64,000 nucleotides of DNA from contig NZ_SBIV01000001.1 in assembly GCF_004765795.1 (NCBI RefSeq), positions 372,001-436,000 of the forward strand. The letters run 5' to 3'. The first letter of the stretch is position 1, and each line of letters opens with the position of its first letter. The notes under the pieces are model-generated. The model was given only the letters and a program-made list of their open reading frames with translations, was not told the origin of the DNA and did not search any database. The stretch is from Halorussus marinus. Lineage in GTDB: Archaea; Halobacteriota; Halobacteria; Halobacteriales; Haladaptataceae. Positions 28,316-37,928 of the stretch are shown piece by piece. A program made the translations under genes and the position numbers.

Positions 28316-29521
28316 ATGGGTCGTATGAACCACCGAGCCGGCGAGTCTGCGGTCGTCCCGGCACCGTTCGGCCCCCACGGTCTGGCCTGCGTGCGGTCGC
28401 TCAGTCGCCGCGGCGTCCGCACGGTCGTGGCCGCCGAGAGCGACGCCGACCTCACCAGCGCCTCGAAGTACTGCGACGAGTCGGTCGCGGTCCCCTCGCC
28501 CCACGAGGACGTGCTGGCGTACAAGGACGCGCTCCTGTCGCTGGCGGCGCGGTCGGACGTGCGCGCGGTGATACCGAACCGCGAGGAAGACGTGTACGTG
28601 CTGGCGAAGTACCGCGAGGAGTTTGCGACCCACGTCTCGCCGCTCTGGCCGGAGTTCGAGACGCTCCGGACGGCCCACGACAGGGTCCGACTCGCGGCGG
28701 CCGCCGAGGAAGCCGGGGTTGCCGTCCCCGAGACCCTGCTCCTCGACGACGTCGGCGCGGCCGAGTCGGAGCTGTTCGTCAAACCCCGGTATCCGATCCT
28801 CATCGCGGACTACGAGAGCACCTACGCCCCCACCGAGTGCGACCCGCGGAATCGGACCCAGTATCTCCGGTCGGGCGAGCGGCCGAACCGCGAGGCCATC
28901 GTCGCGGAGATGAACCACGTCCCGATCGCACAGGAGTTCGTCCGGGGCGGCGGCGAGGAGTACGCCTTCTTCGCGCTGTACGATCGGGGCGAGCCGGCCG
29001 CGACGTTCCAGCACCGCCAGCTCCGCGGGGAGACCTACGCCGGCGGCGCGAGCGTCTACCGCGAGTCGGTCGACATCCCGGCGCTCGACCGAGCCGGCCG
29101 GGCGCTGTTCGACCACCTCGGGTGGCACGGGATCGGCGAGGCGGAGTTCCTCAGAGACCCCGAGACGGGCGAGTTCAAGCTGATGGAGGTCAACCCCCGG
29201 ATGTGGGCGTCGCTGTCGTGTGCGATCGAGGCCGGCGTCGACTTCCCGTACTACTTCTGGCAGGTGTCGAACGGGGTCGCCGGCCCGTTCGAGGACGACT
29301 ACGCCGAGGGGATCGGGACCCACTCGCTGTTCGGCGAGCTCAAGTATCTCCGGAGCGTGATCGCCGGCGACTCCTCGCACGTCCCCAGACCTTCGGCCGG
29401 GTCGGCGATCAGGGACGTGGTCGCGTCGTGTCTCGCCCAGCCGAACTTCGAGTACTTCCGGCTCGACGATCCCGAGCCGTTCGTCCGCGGCCTGCTCGAC
29501 GTGAGCCCGTTCGACAAGTAG
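28316..29521 (+). CDS. ATP-grasp carboxylate-amine ligase (copy 1)
   Basis: ASKYCDE, VKPR, IAQEFV and EAEF...EVNPRMW; start at 28316 or 28325. Confidence 0.88.
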   Translation: MGRMNHRAGESAVVPAPFGPHGLACVRSLSRRGVRTVVAAESDADLTSASKYCDESVAVPSPHEDVLAYKDALLSLAARSDVRAVIPNREEDVYVLAKYREEFATHVSPLWPEFETLRTAHDRVRLAAAAEEAGVAVPETLLLDDVGAAESELFVKPRYPILIADYESTYAPTECDPRNRTQYLRSGERPNREAIVAEMNHVPIAQEFVRGGGEEYAFFALYDRGEPAATFQHRQLRGETYAGGASVYRESVDIPALDRAGRALFDHLGWHGIGEAEFLRDPETGEFKLMEVNPRMWASLSCAIEAGVDFPYYFWQVSNGVAGPFEDDYAEGIGTHSLFGELKYLRSVIAGDSSHVPRPSAGSAIRDVVASCLAQPNFEYFRLDDPEPFVRGLLDVSPFDK

Positions 29522-29618
29522 CAGGGCCGCTCGACGCCGGCCGGCGAGCAACGCAGTCGTCTACCTCGCCCGGTTCGGGGCCCACACGTTGATCCGCCTC
29601 AACGACCGTACGTAGTAC

Positions 29619-30809
29619 ATGACCCGATCGACGACGGAGTCGGTGTTGCTCTCGGCGAAGTACTCGCCGTCGTGTTATGCGTGTCTGCGGTCGCTCGCCG
29701 AGCGCGGCGTCCGCACCGTCGTCGTCTCGCCCCACGAGGGCGTCCCGGCGTTCGCGTCCAGGTACTGCGAGGAGTCGATCGTGGTGCCGTCGCCGAACGA
29801 CGACCTGCTGGCGTACAGAGACGCGTTGCTGTCGGTCGCCGACCGCCCCGAGGTGGCCGCCTTCGTCCCCATCTGGGAGGAAGACGCCTACCTGCTCGGA
29901 AAGTACGGCGAGGCGTTCGGCGCCCGGGTCGGCGGCGCGTGGCCCGACTTCGAGACGCTCCGGTCCGTTCAGGACCGACTCCGACTGGCGGAGGTCGCCG
30001 CCGACGCGGGCGTGGCCGTCCCGGCGACCCAGTCGTTCGACGACGTCGACGACTGGGACCGCGAGCGCATCCTCAAGTCGCGGTACAACCTCCTCGCCGG
30101 CGAGTACGTCGACTCGTTCTCGGAGCGAGACGCCGAACTCAACAAGACGCTGAAGTACCTCGCGCCCGGCGAAGAGCCCGACCCCGAGACCGTCTACGCG
30201 GCGCTAAACCACGTCCCGATCGCTCAGGAGACCGTCACCGGGGGCGCCGACGAGTACGCGTTCATCGCGCTGTACGACCGGGGCGAGCCGGTCGCGACGT
30301 ACCAGAAACACCAGATCCGGGCCAAGACCTACGCCGGCGGGACCAGCGTCTACCGGGAGTCGGTGGCGGTCCCGGCGCTCGAACGGGCCGGCCGGGCGTT
30401 GCTCGACGAGCTCGACTGGCACGGTCTCGCGGAGGTGGAGTTCCTCAGAGACCCCGAGACGGGCGAGTTCGAGCTGATGGAGGTCAACCCCCGGATGTGG
30501 GCGTCGGTCGCGTGCGCGATCGAGGCCGGTGCCGATTTCCCGTACTACTACTGGCGGCTCGCGACCGGCGAGGCCGACGGGATCGACGACGAGTACGCGG
30601 TCGGGACGGGGAACCACTCGCTGTTCGGCGAACTCCAGCACCTCTCGAGCGTGCTCCGGGACGACTACCCCGACGTCGAGCGACCGGCGTTCGACCGGCG
30701 ACTCTGGGAGATCGCCGCCTCGTGTTACAGCCAGCCCAACTTCGACTACCTCCGGCTCGACGACCCCGGCCCGTTCGTCCGGGGCGTGCGCGACGCCGTT
30801 CGGCTCTGA
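29619..30809 (+). CDS. ATP-grasp carboxylate-amine ligase (copy 2)
   Basis: ASRYCEE, LKSR, IAQE and EVEF...EVNPRMW. Confidence 0.9.
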   Translation: MTRSTTESVLLSAKYSPSCYACLRSLAERGVRTVVVSPHEGVPAFASRYCEESIVVPSPNDDLLAYRDALLSVADRPEVAAFVPIWEEDAYLLGKYGEAFGARVGGAWPDFETLRSVQDRLRLAEVAADAGVAVPATQSFDDVDDWDRERILKSRYNLLAGEYVDSFSERDAELNKTLKYLAPGEEPDPETVYAALNHVPIAQETVTGGADEYAFIALYDRGEPVATYQKHQIRAKTYAGGTSVYRESVAVPALERAGRALLDELDWHGLAEVEFLRDPETGEFELMEVNPRMWASVACAIEAGADFPYYYWRLATGEADGIDDEYAVGTGNHSLFGELQHLSSVLRDDYPDVERPAFDRRLWEIAASCYSQPNFDYLRLDDPGPFVRGVRDAVRL

Positions 30810-30983
30810 CGGTCGTGGCGCCCGAGTCCGGGCGCTCGGAGACCGACGCGCTCGACGACGGGCGAAACCGGGAGACCGGACCCGGAGACCGGTTCGTCTT
30901 CGCGGCGCGTCCCGTTGTTCTTACCCCGATCGGCGCGAGACGATGGTATACGTTCTTTGCTCTCTGCGACGATGCTCACCTAC

Positions 30984-32171
30984 ATGGGAGAGAGAATGGG
31001 GGATGCGGTACTGCTGCCCGCGAAGTATTCGCCGTCGTGTTACGCGTGTCTGCGGTCGCTCGCCAAGCGCGGCATCCGCACCGTCGTCGTCTCGGCGAAA
31101 GGGAGCGTGCCGGCGTTCGCGTCCCGGTACTGCGACGAGGCGCTGACGGTCCCGTCGCCCGACGAGGACCTGCTCGCGTACCGCGACGCACTGTTGTCGA
31201 TCGCGGCGCGGCCCGAGGTGAAGACGTTCGTTCCGACCGGCGAGGTCGACGCGTATCTGCTGGCGAAGTACAGCGACGAGTTCGAGGCCCACGTCACCGG
31301 AGTGTGGCCCGACCTCGACCGGCTCCGGCGGGTCCACGACCGACTGCTGTTGGCCGAGGCCGCCGAGGCCGCGGGGGTGCCGTTTCCGGAGACTCAGTCG
31401 TTCGACGACGTCGACGACTGGGACCGCGAACTGGTCATCAAGTCGCGGTACAACCTCCTCGCCGGCGAGTACCTCGACTCGCTGTCGGAGCGAGACGCCG
31501 AACTCAACAAGACGCTGAAGTACCTCCCGCCCGGCGAGCGACCCGATCGGGAGGCCATCCTCGCGGAGATGAACCACGTCCCGATCGTCCAGGAGTGCGT
31601 GCCCAAGCGCGGCGAGTACCTGTTCGGCGCGCTGTACGACCGGGGCGAGCCGGCCGCGACGTTCCAGCACCGCCAGATCCGCGGGGAGACCTACGCCGGC
31701 GGCGGCGGGTCCTACCGCGAGTCGGTCGACATCCCGGCGCTCGAGGAGGTCGGCCGGGCGTTGCTCGACGAACTCGACTGGCACGGGCTGGCCTGCATCG
31801 AGTACATGGAGGACGCAGAGACCGGGGAGTTCGTGCTCACCGAGATCAACCCCCGGATGTGGCGGTCGCTGGCGTTCGCGGTGGCGGCCGGCGCCGACTT
31901 CCCGTACTACTACTGGCAGCTCGCGAACGGCGAGGCCGACCGCTTTGGCGACGGCTACGAGGTCGGCGTCGGCGGCCACTACCTCCACGGCGAGCTGACC
32001 TACCTCCGGAGCGTGCTCCGCGACGAGTACCCGAACGTCGAACGACCCCCGGTCGGCCAGACGGTGTGGGAGATCGCCGCCTCGTGTTACGACCAGCCCA
32101 ACTTCGACTACCTCCGGCTCGACGACCCCGGCCCGTTCATCCGGGGCGTCCGCAGTACGATCCCGATGTGA
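30984..32171 (+). CDS. ATP-grasp carboxylate-amine ligase (copy 3)
   Basis: ASRYCDE, IKSR, IVQE and CIEY...EINPRMW; start uncertain (30972, 30984 or 30996). Confidence 0.88.
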   Translation: MGERMGDAVLLPAKYSPSCYACLRSLAKRGIRTVVVSAKGSVPAFASRYCDEALTVPSPDEDLLAYRDALLSIAARPEVKTFVPTGEVDAYLLAKYSDEFEAHVTGVWPDLDRLRRVHDRLLLAEAAEAAGVPFPETQSFDDVDDWDRELVIKSRYNLLAGEYLDSLSERDAELNKTLKYLPPGERPDREAILAEMNHVPIVQECVPKRGEYLFGALYDRGEPAATFQHRQIRGETYAGGGGSYRESVDIPALEEVGRALLDELDWHGLACIEYMEDAETGEFVLTEINPRMWRSLAFAVAAGADFPYYYWQLANGEADRFGDGYEVGVGGHYLHGELTYLRSVLRDEYPNVERPPVGQTVWEIAASCYDQPNFDYLRLDDPGPFIRGVRSTIPM

Positions 32172-32364
32172 GCGTCGGCCGGCCGATCGAATCGGGGAAA
32201 AGACGCTAATACCCGGGCGTCGTGCGTCTGCCAACGGCAGTTGGTGGGTGGATATGAGTCACACAACGTCGAGAGTAGCTTCCGGTGAGACGATCGCATC
32301 GACGCGCGACCGCGCGGCGCGAGCGGCCCGCTCGCCGGCCGCGCCGGGGGGCGGCTCCTGACCG

Positions 32365-33822
32365 ATGGATCTCGGCCACTCGACCTTCCGGCTGTTCCTC
32401 TCGAAGGGCGGGAACGCGATCCTCTACTTTCTGGGGCTCGCGTACTTCTCGCGCCACCTGACGCCCGACGAGATGGGGGCGTTCGTCCTCTTTCTCGCGG
32501 TGCTCGGGATCTCCTCGATCCCCGCGGACTTCGGGATCAAGGGCGCACTCGAAAAGCGGCTGAGCGAGGGGACCGACCCCGAGAAGACGCTCGGCTCCGC
32601 GCTGGCGTTCAAGGCGGTCACGCTCGCGGCCGTCGCGACGATCGTTCTCGCCGTCCGGGGCCACATAAACCACTACATCGGCGCGCCGCTGGCGGAACTG
32701 CTGGTCGCGGCGCTGTTCTTCCGGGAGTTTTCGTTCGCGTATCTCTCGGCGCTCCGGGGCCGGCTTCGGGTCGCCGAGACCGCCGTCATCAAACTCACCG
32801 TGCGGTTCGTCTGGATGGTCGGGGGCGCGGTGTTGGTCACCGCGGGCTTCGGCCCGGAGGGACCGATCATCGGGCTGATCGCGGGGCTGGCGGTCGGGCT
32901 CGTCTGGGCGTACCGGCGCCTCGACGTCGGGATCGGCCGCCCGTCGCTCGACCACGTCCGGTCGCTGGTGGCGTTCTCGAAGTACAACACCGTCACCTCG
33001 GTCGGCGGCCGGTTCTACCAGTGGGTCGACATCGCCATCATCGGCTTCCTGCTGACCCAGCTCGACGTCAGCGCCTACGAGTTCGCGTGGCAGATCACCC
33101 TGCTCGTGCTCATGCTGAGCAAGTCGATCTCGCTGTCGATCTTCCCTCAGATAAGCCAGTGGGACGCCGAGTCGGCGACCGACCACATCGAGACCACCGT
33201 CTCGAAGGCGATCGGGGTCGTCCTGTTCGTCTCGGTGCCCGCCATCGTCGGCGTCCAGATCTACGGCGCCGAGCTCCTCCGGGTGGCGTTCGGCCCGGAG
33301 TACGCGTTCGCCACGACGGTGCTTGTCGTCCTGATGGTCGAGAAGCTCATCCAGTCGTTCAACGACATCGTCGAGGCGTCGGTCCGGGCGATCGACCGGC
33401 CGGAGCTCGCCGCGAAGGCGACCGTGATCTCGGTCGGGCTCAACCTCGTCCTGAACCCGGTCCTGATCCTGTGGGTCGGGCTGGTGGGCGCCGCGATCGC
33501 GACCGCCGTCACCGGCCTCCTCAACACCGCGTTACATTACCGGTATCTCACGCGGTTCATCTCGGTCGACGTTCCGTTCCGGCTGGTCGGCTGGTACGGC
33601 CTCGCCTCGTGTGTGATGGGCGGGCTGTTGCTCGGGATTAGACACCTCGTGCCCGTCACCGGCGTGATCACGCTCGTGGCGGAGGTCGGGCTCGGCGTCG
33701 TGATCTATCTCGCGGTCTCGCTCGCGATCCCGGACGTGCGCCGACGCATCCTTCGGCCGGGGCTCCGGGTGCTCGGCGCCCAGCTCGGGGTCGGGGCCGA
33801 CGGGGAGGGCCGGCGATTCTGA
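32365..33822 (+). CDS. Oligosaccharide flippase (Wzx/MOP family)
   Basis: About 12-14 TMs; ADFGI, WVDIAIIG, IFPQIS and LNPVLILWVGLVGAAIAT. Confidence 0.9.
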   Translation: MDLGHSTFRLFLSKGGNAILYFLGLAYFSRHLTPDEMGAFVLFLAVLGISSIPADFGIKGALEKRLSEGTDPEKTLGSALAFKAVTLAAVATIVLAVRGHINHYIGAPLAELLVAALFFREFSFAYLSALRGRLRVAETAVIKLTVRFVWMVGGAVLVTAGFGPEGPIIGLIAGLAVGLVWAYRRLDVGIGRPSLDHVRSLVAFSKYNTVTSVGGRFYQWVDIAIIGFLLTQLDVSAYEFAWQITLLVLMLSKSISLSIFPQISQWDAESATDHIETTVSKAIGVVLFVSVPAIVGVQIYGAELLRVAFGPEYAFATTVLVVLMVEKLIQSFNDIVEASVRAIDRPELAAKATVISVGLNLVLNPVLILWVGLVGAAIATAVTGLLNTALHYRYLTRFISVDVPFRLVGWYGLASCVMGGLLLGIRHLVPVTGVITLVAEVGLGVVIYLAVSLAIPDVRRRILRPGLRVLGAQLGVGADGEGRRF

Positions 33823-33955
33823 GCCGACCCGGTGCGCCCGACCCTCGTGGCAACAACATATATATTCACCCCTACCGTTTGATCGATACACTTTCTCTCG
33901 GTCGGCCGGACCCGATCGGGCGGTCGCGGATATCTTCGAGTGAGGAACCTGATAC

Positions 33956-36211
33956 ATGAGAGCTACTGTCGAGAGGATGGCACGTTCGGTGGACAGCGGC
34001 GTCGTCGCGTTCGGTGGGGTCGTGCTCGGACTACTGGCGGTGTTTTGGGCGACCCCTGCGTTACAGGATGTCGGGGCGCTCGTCCCGGCCGTCCGGGCGT
34101 TCGCGGGGCTCTTCCTGATACTGTTCGCTCCCGGGGCGTTGCTGGCGCGACTGGTCGGCATCCGGCCCGACCGATTCGGCGTGTTCGCGCTGTTCGCGAT
34201 CACCCTCAGTTTCGGCGTCCTGACCCTGCTGAACCTCTTCGTCAGCTTCGTGTTGGCGCCGCTGGGCGTCGCCGAGCCCCTCTCGTTCCTGCCGCTTGCG
34301 GGCGTGCTGTCGGCCGTCCTCGCGGCGCTGTTGGCGGCCATCCACGTCACCGGGACCTCGATGTCGATCCCTCCGATTCGACTCCGCGGCTCGCCGGCGG
34401 TCGTTCTCGGGCTGGTCGCGCTCCCCGGACTCGCGGCCGCGGCCGTGATCGGCGTCGACCAGTTCGGCACCAACCTCGGGATGTTCGCGCTCCTCGGCGG
34501 GGTGATCGCGGTCACGCTACTGGCGGCGACGCGGCTGGTCCCGGGGTCGCTCGCGCCGCTGGCGGTGTTCAGCGTCTCGCTGTCGGTCCTGTTGCACCGA
34601 AACCTCCTGACCGACCACGTCGTCGGCGCCGACATTCAGGCGTCGTACTTCCTGTCGGACCTCCTGTTGGACACCCACTACTGGGCGCCCGACATGGGCG
34701 GGTCGATGATGAGCCTCTCGGTGGTCACCTCGGTTCCGGCGTCGATCACGATGCTGACCGGCCTCGACCTCGCCACCACGTACAAGGTCGTCTACGTGTT
34801 CCTGTTCTCGCTGGTACCAGTCGGGCTCTTCTACGTCAACAGCCGGGTGTTCGACGACCGGATCGCGCTGTTCGGGAGCCTGTTTTTCGTCTTCTACCAC
34901 GGCTCGTTTTACTTCACGCCCGGCAAACAGCTCATGTCCGAGCTTGTGGTCGTCGCGATGCTCCTGTTGGTCGTCTACGAGGGCGTCGACACCGTCGGAC
35001 TGAAGGCCGCGCTGGGGATCTTCGCGGCGACGCTGATCTCGGCTCACTACGGGATGACCTACGCGATCGGTCTGTCGCTACTCGCGGCGGTCGCCGGGCT
35101 CGGAATCGTCCGGCGGCTAGGCGGGGACTTCGACCACGACCTCTCGATCTGGCAGCCGGTCGTCCTGCTCGGGGCCGCGACCGCCTTCTACGCGTACAGC
35201 GCGCCCGATCTGGTCGATCGGCTCGGGGCGCTCCCGTTCGGGATCGTCGACCAGCTCGTGACGCTCGCGATCACCGGCGCCGTTCCGGGCTCGGGGGCCA
35301 GCTACGTCTCGGGCGAGACCGGGCTCCTCGACTCGCTCCGGCTGTACCTGTACCTCCTGCTAACGGGGCTGATCGGGCTCGGGCTGGCCCGGGACGTCCT
35401 CGGGCGACTCGACCGAATCCGGACCGGCGCCGACCCCGGGTACGTCGAGTACGCCGCGCTGGCGGTCCCGCTGTTCGCGTTTCTCGGCTCGTCGTACTTC
35501 GTCATCGCCAACCTCTGGGCCGACCGGGTGTACCAGCTCGTGCTGACGATCCTCGCGCCGTACGCGGCGGTCGGGGTCGCCACCGTGTTCGGCGGCGCCG
35601 GCGCCGTCCTCGACCGTGCGAGCGCGGCGCTCGGCCGGACGAGCCGAGCCGCGAGCGACGGCGGCGTCCGGCGACGGCTCGGAGGCGCCCACTGGACCCT
35701 GCTGGCGGTCGTGCTGGCCGCGGTGCTCGCGCTCAACTCGGGACTGGCGTTCGCGCTCGTCGGGACCGCCGACGCGTCCGGGTTCAACGCCGAGACCAAC
35801 GACCTGACGTTCAACGGACCAGAGCGCGAGGCCGCCGACTGGCTGGTCGACAACGCCACCGCCATCGAACGCTACGACCGGCTGGGCGCCGACGACGGCG
35901 CGGCGACGCTCCCGATCTACACCGAGCCGAGGAGCTACCAGCTGTTCCGAGCGGTCGCCCTCCCGGGGTACACCAACGTCGAAATCCGGTATCTAAAGAG
36001 TCAGTGGCGGCCGACGGTGTTCCCCGCGGAGGTCGAGGAGGGGTACGTCTTCGTTCGCCAGCGGAGCGTCGACCCCGACGCGCGGTCGGCCGACCTCCCG
36101 CCGTCGATGCTCTCGGGGAGCACCGTCGGGAACCTCTCGGGCCCCCGAAACGTGGTGTACGCGAGCGAGTCGGCCCGGATCATGGACTCGAACACGACCG
36201 CGGTCCCGTGA
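33956..36211 (+). CDS. Polytopic membrane protein (DUF2206-like, possible polymerase or GT-C fold)
   Basis: Many TMs with FAPG, GADIQ and SAHY segments, plus a C-terminal soluble domain; lies within the glycan locus. Confidence 0.7.
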   Translation: MRATVERMARSVDSGVVAFGGVVLGLLAVFWATPALQDVGALVPAVRAFAGLFLILFAPGALLARLVGIRPDRFGVFALFAITLSFGVLTLLNLFVSFVLAPLGVAEPLSFLPLAGVLSAVLAALLAAIHVTGTSMSIPPIRLRGSPAVVLGLVALPGLAAAAVIGVDQFGTNLGMFALLGGVIAVTLLAATRLVPGSLAPLAVFSVSLSVLLHRNLLTDHVVGADIQASYFLSDLLLDTHYWAPDMGGSMMSLSVVTSVPASITMLTGLDLATTYKVVYVFLFSLVPVGLFYVNSRVFDDRIALFGSLFFVFYHGSFYFTPGKQLMSELVVVAMLLLVVYEGVDTVGLKAALGIFAATLISAHYGMTYAIGLSLLAAVAGLGIVRRLGGDFDHDLSIWQPVVLLGAATAFYAYSAPDLVDRLGALPFGIVDQLVTLAITGAVPGSGASYVSGETGLLDSLRLYLYLLLTGLIGLGLARDVLGRLDRIRTGADPGYVEYAALAVPLFAFLGSSYFVIANLWADRVYQLVLTILAPYAAVGVATVFGGAGAVLDRASAALGRTSRAASDGGVRRRLGGAHWTLLAVVLAAVLALNSGLAFALVGTADASGFNAETNDLTFNGPEREAADWLVDNATAIERYDRLGADDGAATLPIYTEPRSYQLFRAVALPGYTNVEIRYLKSQWRPTVFPAEVEEGYVFVRQRSVDPDARSADLPPSMLSGSTVGNLSGPRNVVYASESARIMDSNTTAVP

Positions 36212-36269
36212 CCGACGCGGCGCGTTCGCGACGGGCGCGGTACGAAAAGAGCGATAGTGGCCGACGACC

Positions 36270-37604
36270 TCACCGAACGGGGTCGGTCTCGACCGCGGGG
36301 ACCTTGTCGAAGTACTTGTTGAGGCTGTGGAGGATGATCCCGACCAGACAGACGAGTAGTCCGACGAAGATGAAAAACGCGGCCAGAACCGCCCGGCTCA
36401 CGGGGAAGTAGCTCGCCTGAATGTAGTGGAGAAACCCCCAGTAGCCGAACCCGACACCGATGAAGGTGAGTACCGACCCCGGGAGCGCGAGGGCGGTGAG
36501 CGGCCGCGTGCGCTCGATCGTGTTGAGCAGGTTCATCACGAGGACGTAGCCGTGGGACACCGGGTTGTGACTGCTCGCGCCCTCGACGTCGTAGTCGATG
36601 ACCGTGCCGACCTCCTCGATCCGGTAGCCCCGCTGTTGGGCGTGGTAGAGGATGTCGGTGCTGATGCTCATGTGGTCGCCGAGCGTGCGGTCCTGAGCGA
36701 GGCTCTCGATCGCGCGCTCGTCGTACGCCCGGAACCCGCTCTGGGTGTCGCTGACTCGGGACTCGGCCTTCACCACCCCGAGGCTCAGATTCGTGAGGAC
36801 GTTCACCACCGAGAGCCCGAAGCGCCGATACAGCGGGATGTCCGTCCGGGCGTCGCCGACGAACCGACTCCCGATGAGGACCTCCGCGCCGGTCTCGTCC
36901 TGGCACTCGATCAGTCGAGCGATGTCGTCGGCGTTGTGCTGGCCGTCGCCGTCGATGGTCACGAGGTGTTCGACCCCCCGGTCGTGGGCCTCGACGAACG
37001 CCGTCTTCAGCGCGGCGCCGTACCCCCCGTTGGTCTCGTGCTGGACGACCTCGGCGCCGGCGGCCTCGGCGACGGCCGCGGTGTCGTCGGCGCTCCCGTC
37101 GTCGACGACCAGCACCGTGTCGGCGTTCCGGCGGACCGACCGGACGACCTCCCCGATCGAGCCCGCCTCGTTGTACGCCGGGATGGCGACCAGAACGTCG
37201 GCGTCGGTCTCGCTCGCCGAGTCGCGGGTCGGGGCCGGCACGGTGAACGCGGCGCTCGACCGGAACGCCTCGCGGCTCCGCTCGTAGTTGATGCACTCTT
37301 CGGGCGAGTCGTGAAACAGGAGGCCGGGGAATCCGCGCGCGCGAGCCATCGTCGCCACCACGTTCCGGAGGACGTCCTCGTCGCCCGATCCGTCGTCGGT
37401 CGCGACCGTCTCCGCGCCGAGCTGGCGAGCCAGACGTGCCGATTCGGGCTCGTCTCGGCCGTCGTACCCGACGAACACGGCGTGACCGTGTTCTCTGGCG
37501 AGGGCGGCGACCCGGACGATGGCGTCAGTGTTGTCTCCCGTCGCGATGACCCCGATCGCCGGGTGATCCAGGGCCGACTCCTCGTACTCACTGACAGTTT
37601 CCAT
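36270..37604 (-). CDS. Glycosyltransferase family 2 (polyprenol-phosphate glycosyltransferase-like, N-terminal extension, 2 C-terminal TMs)
   Basis: IPAYNE, VVDDGS, TIDGDGQH, IGSRF and DTQSGFRAY. Confidence 0.9.
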   Translation of the reverse strand: METVSEYEESALDHPAIGVIATGDNTDAIVRVAALAREHGHAVFVGYDGRDEPESARLARQLGAETVATDDGSGDEDVLRNVVATMARARGFPGLLFHDSPEECINYERSREAFRSSAAFTVPAPTRDSASETDADVLVAIPAYNEAGSIGEVVRSVRRNADTVLVVDDGSADDTAAVAEAAGAEVVQHETNGGYGAALKTAFVEAHDRGVEHLVTIDGDGQHNADDIARLIECQDETGAEVLIGSRFVGDARTDIPLYRRFGLSVVNVLTNLSLGVVKAESRVSDTQSGFRAYDERAIESLAQDRTLGDHMSISTDILYHAQQRGYRIEEVGTVIDYDVEGASSHNPVSHGYVLVMNLLNTIERTRPLTALALPGSVLTFIGVGFGYWGFLHYIQASYFPVSRAVLAAFFIFVGLLVCLVGIILHSLNKYFDKVPAVETDPVR

Positions 37605-37928
37605 CAATTCTCGCAAGGAATTTTCCCGCCGACGGCCTTTGTTATGAACCAGCTACCCGAACGTCCAGTTTACTGTACTATTCTGTGTGTAATTATGTCG
37701 GCGGAAACGCCGAATTACACCTGTCCGGTCCCAAATAAATAGGTCGTGGAGTCGGCCTGCCGCTCGCGGTCGGACACCTATCAGCGACCGAACCGTCGGC
37801 CGGGACGACGACGCCGGTGAAACGATCGCGACCGTCGGCGTGACCGCCGGTTCCGGCCGCGATCCGGCGGCGTCCCGACGCGGCGGGCAGGAGCCTTATT
37901 AGGGCGTGTCTCGTCAGAGACCGAGAAG

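Noticed and set aside
30838..30891. GGAGACCG repeated three times between ATP-grasp copies 2 and 3
   Set aside because: Short GC-rich motif with irregular spacing; could be chance
28316..32361. Graspetide (RiPP) cluster with ATP-grasp enzymes and small ORFs as precursors
   Set aside because: No repetitive precursor with a leader motif was found, and the context is glycosyltransferases and a flippase
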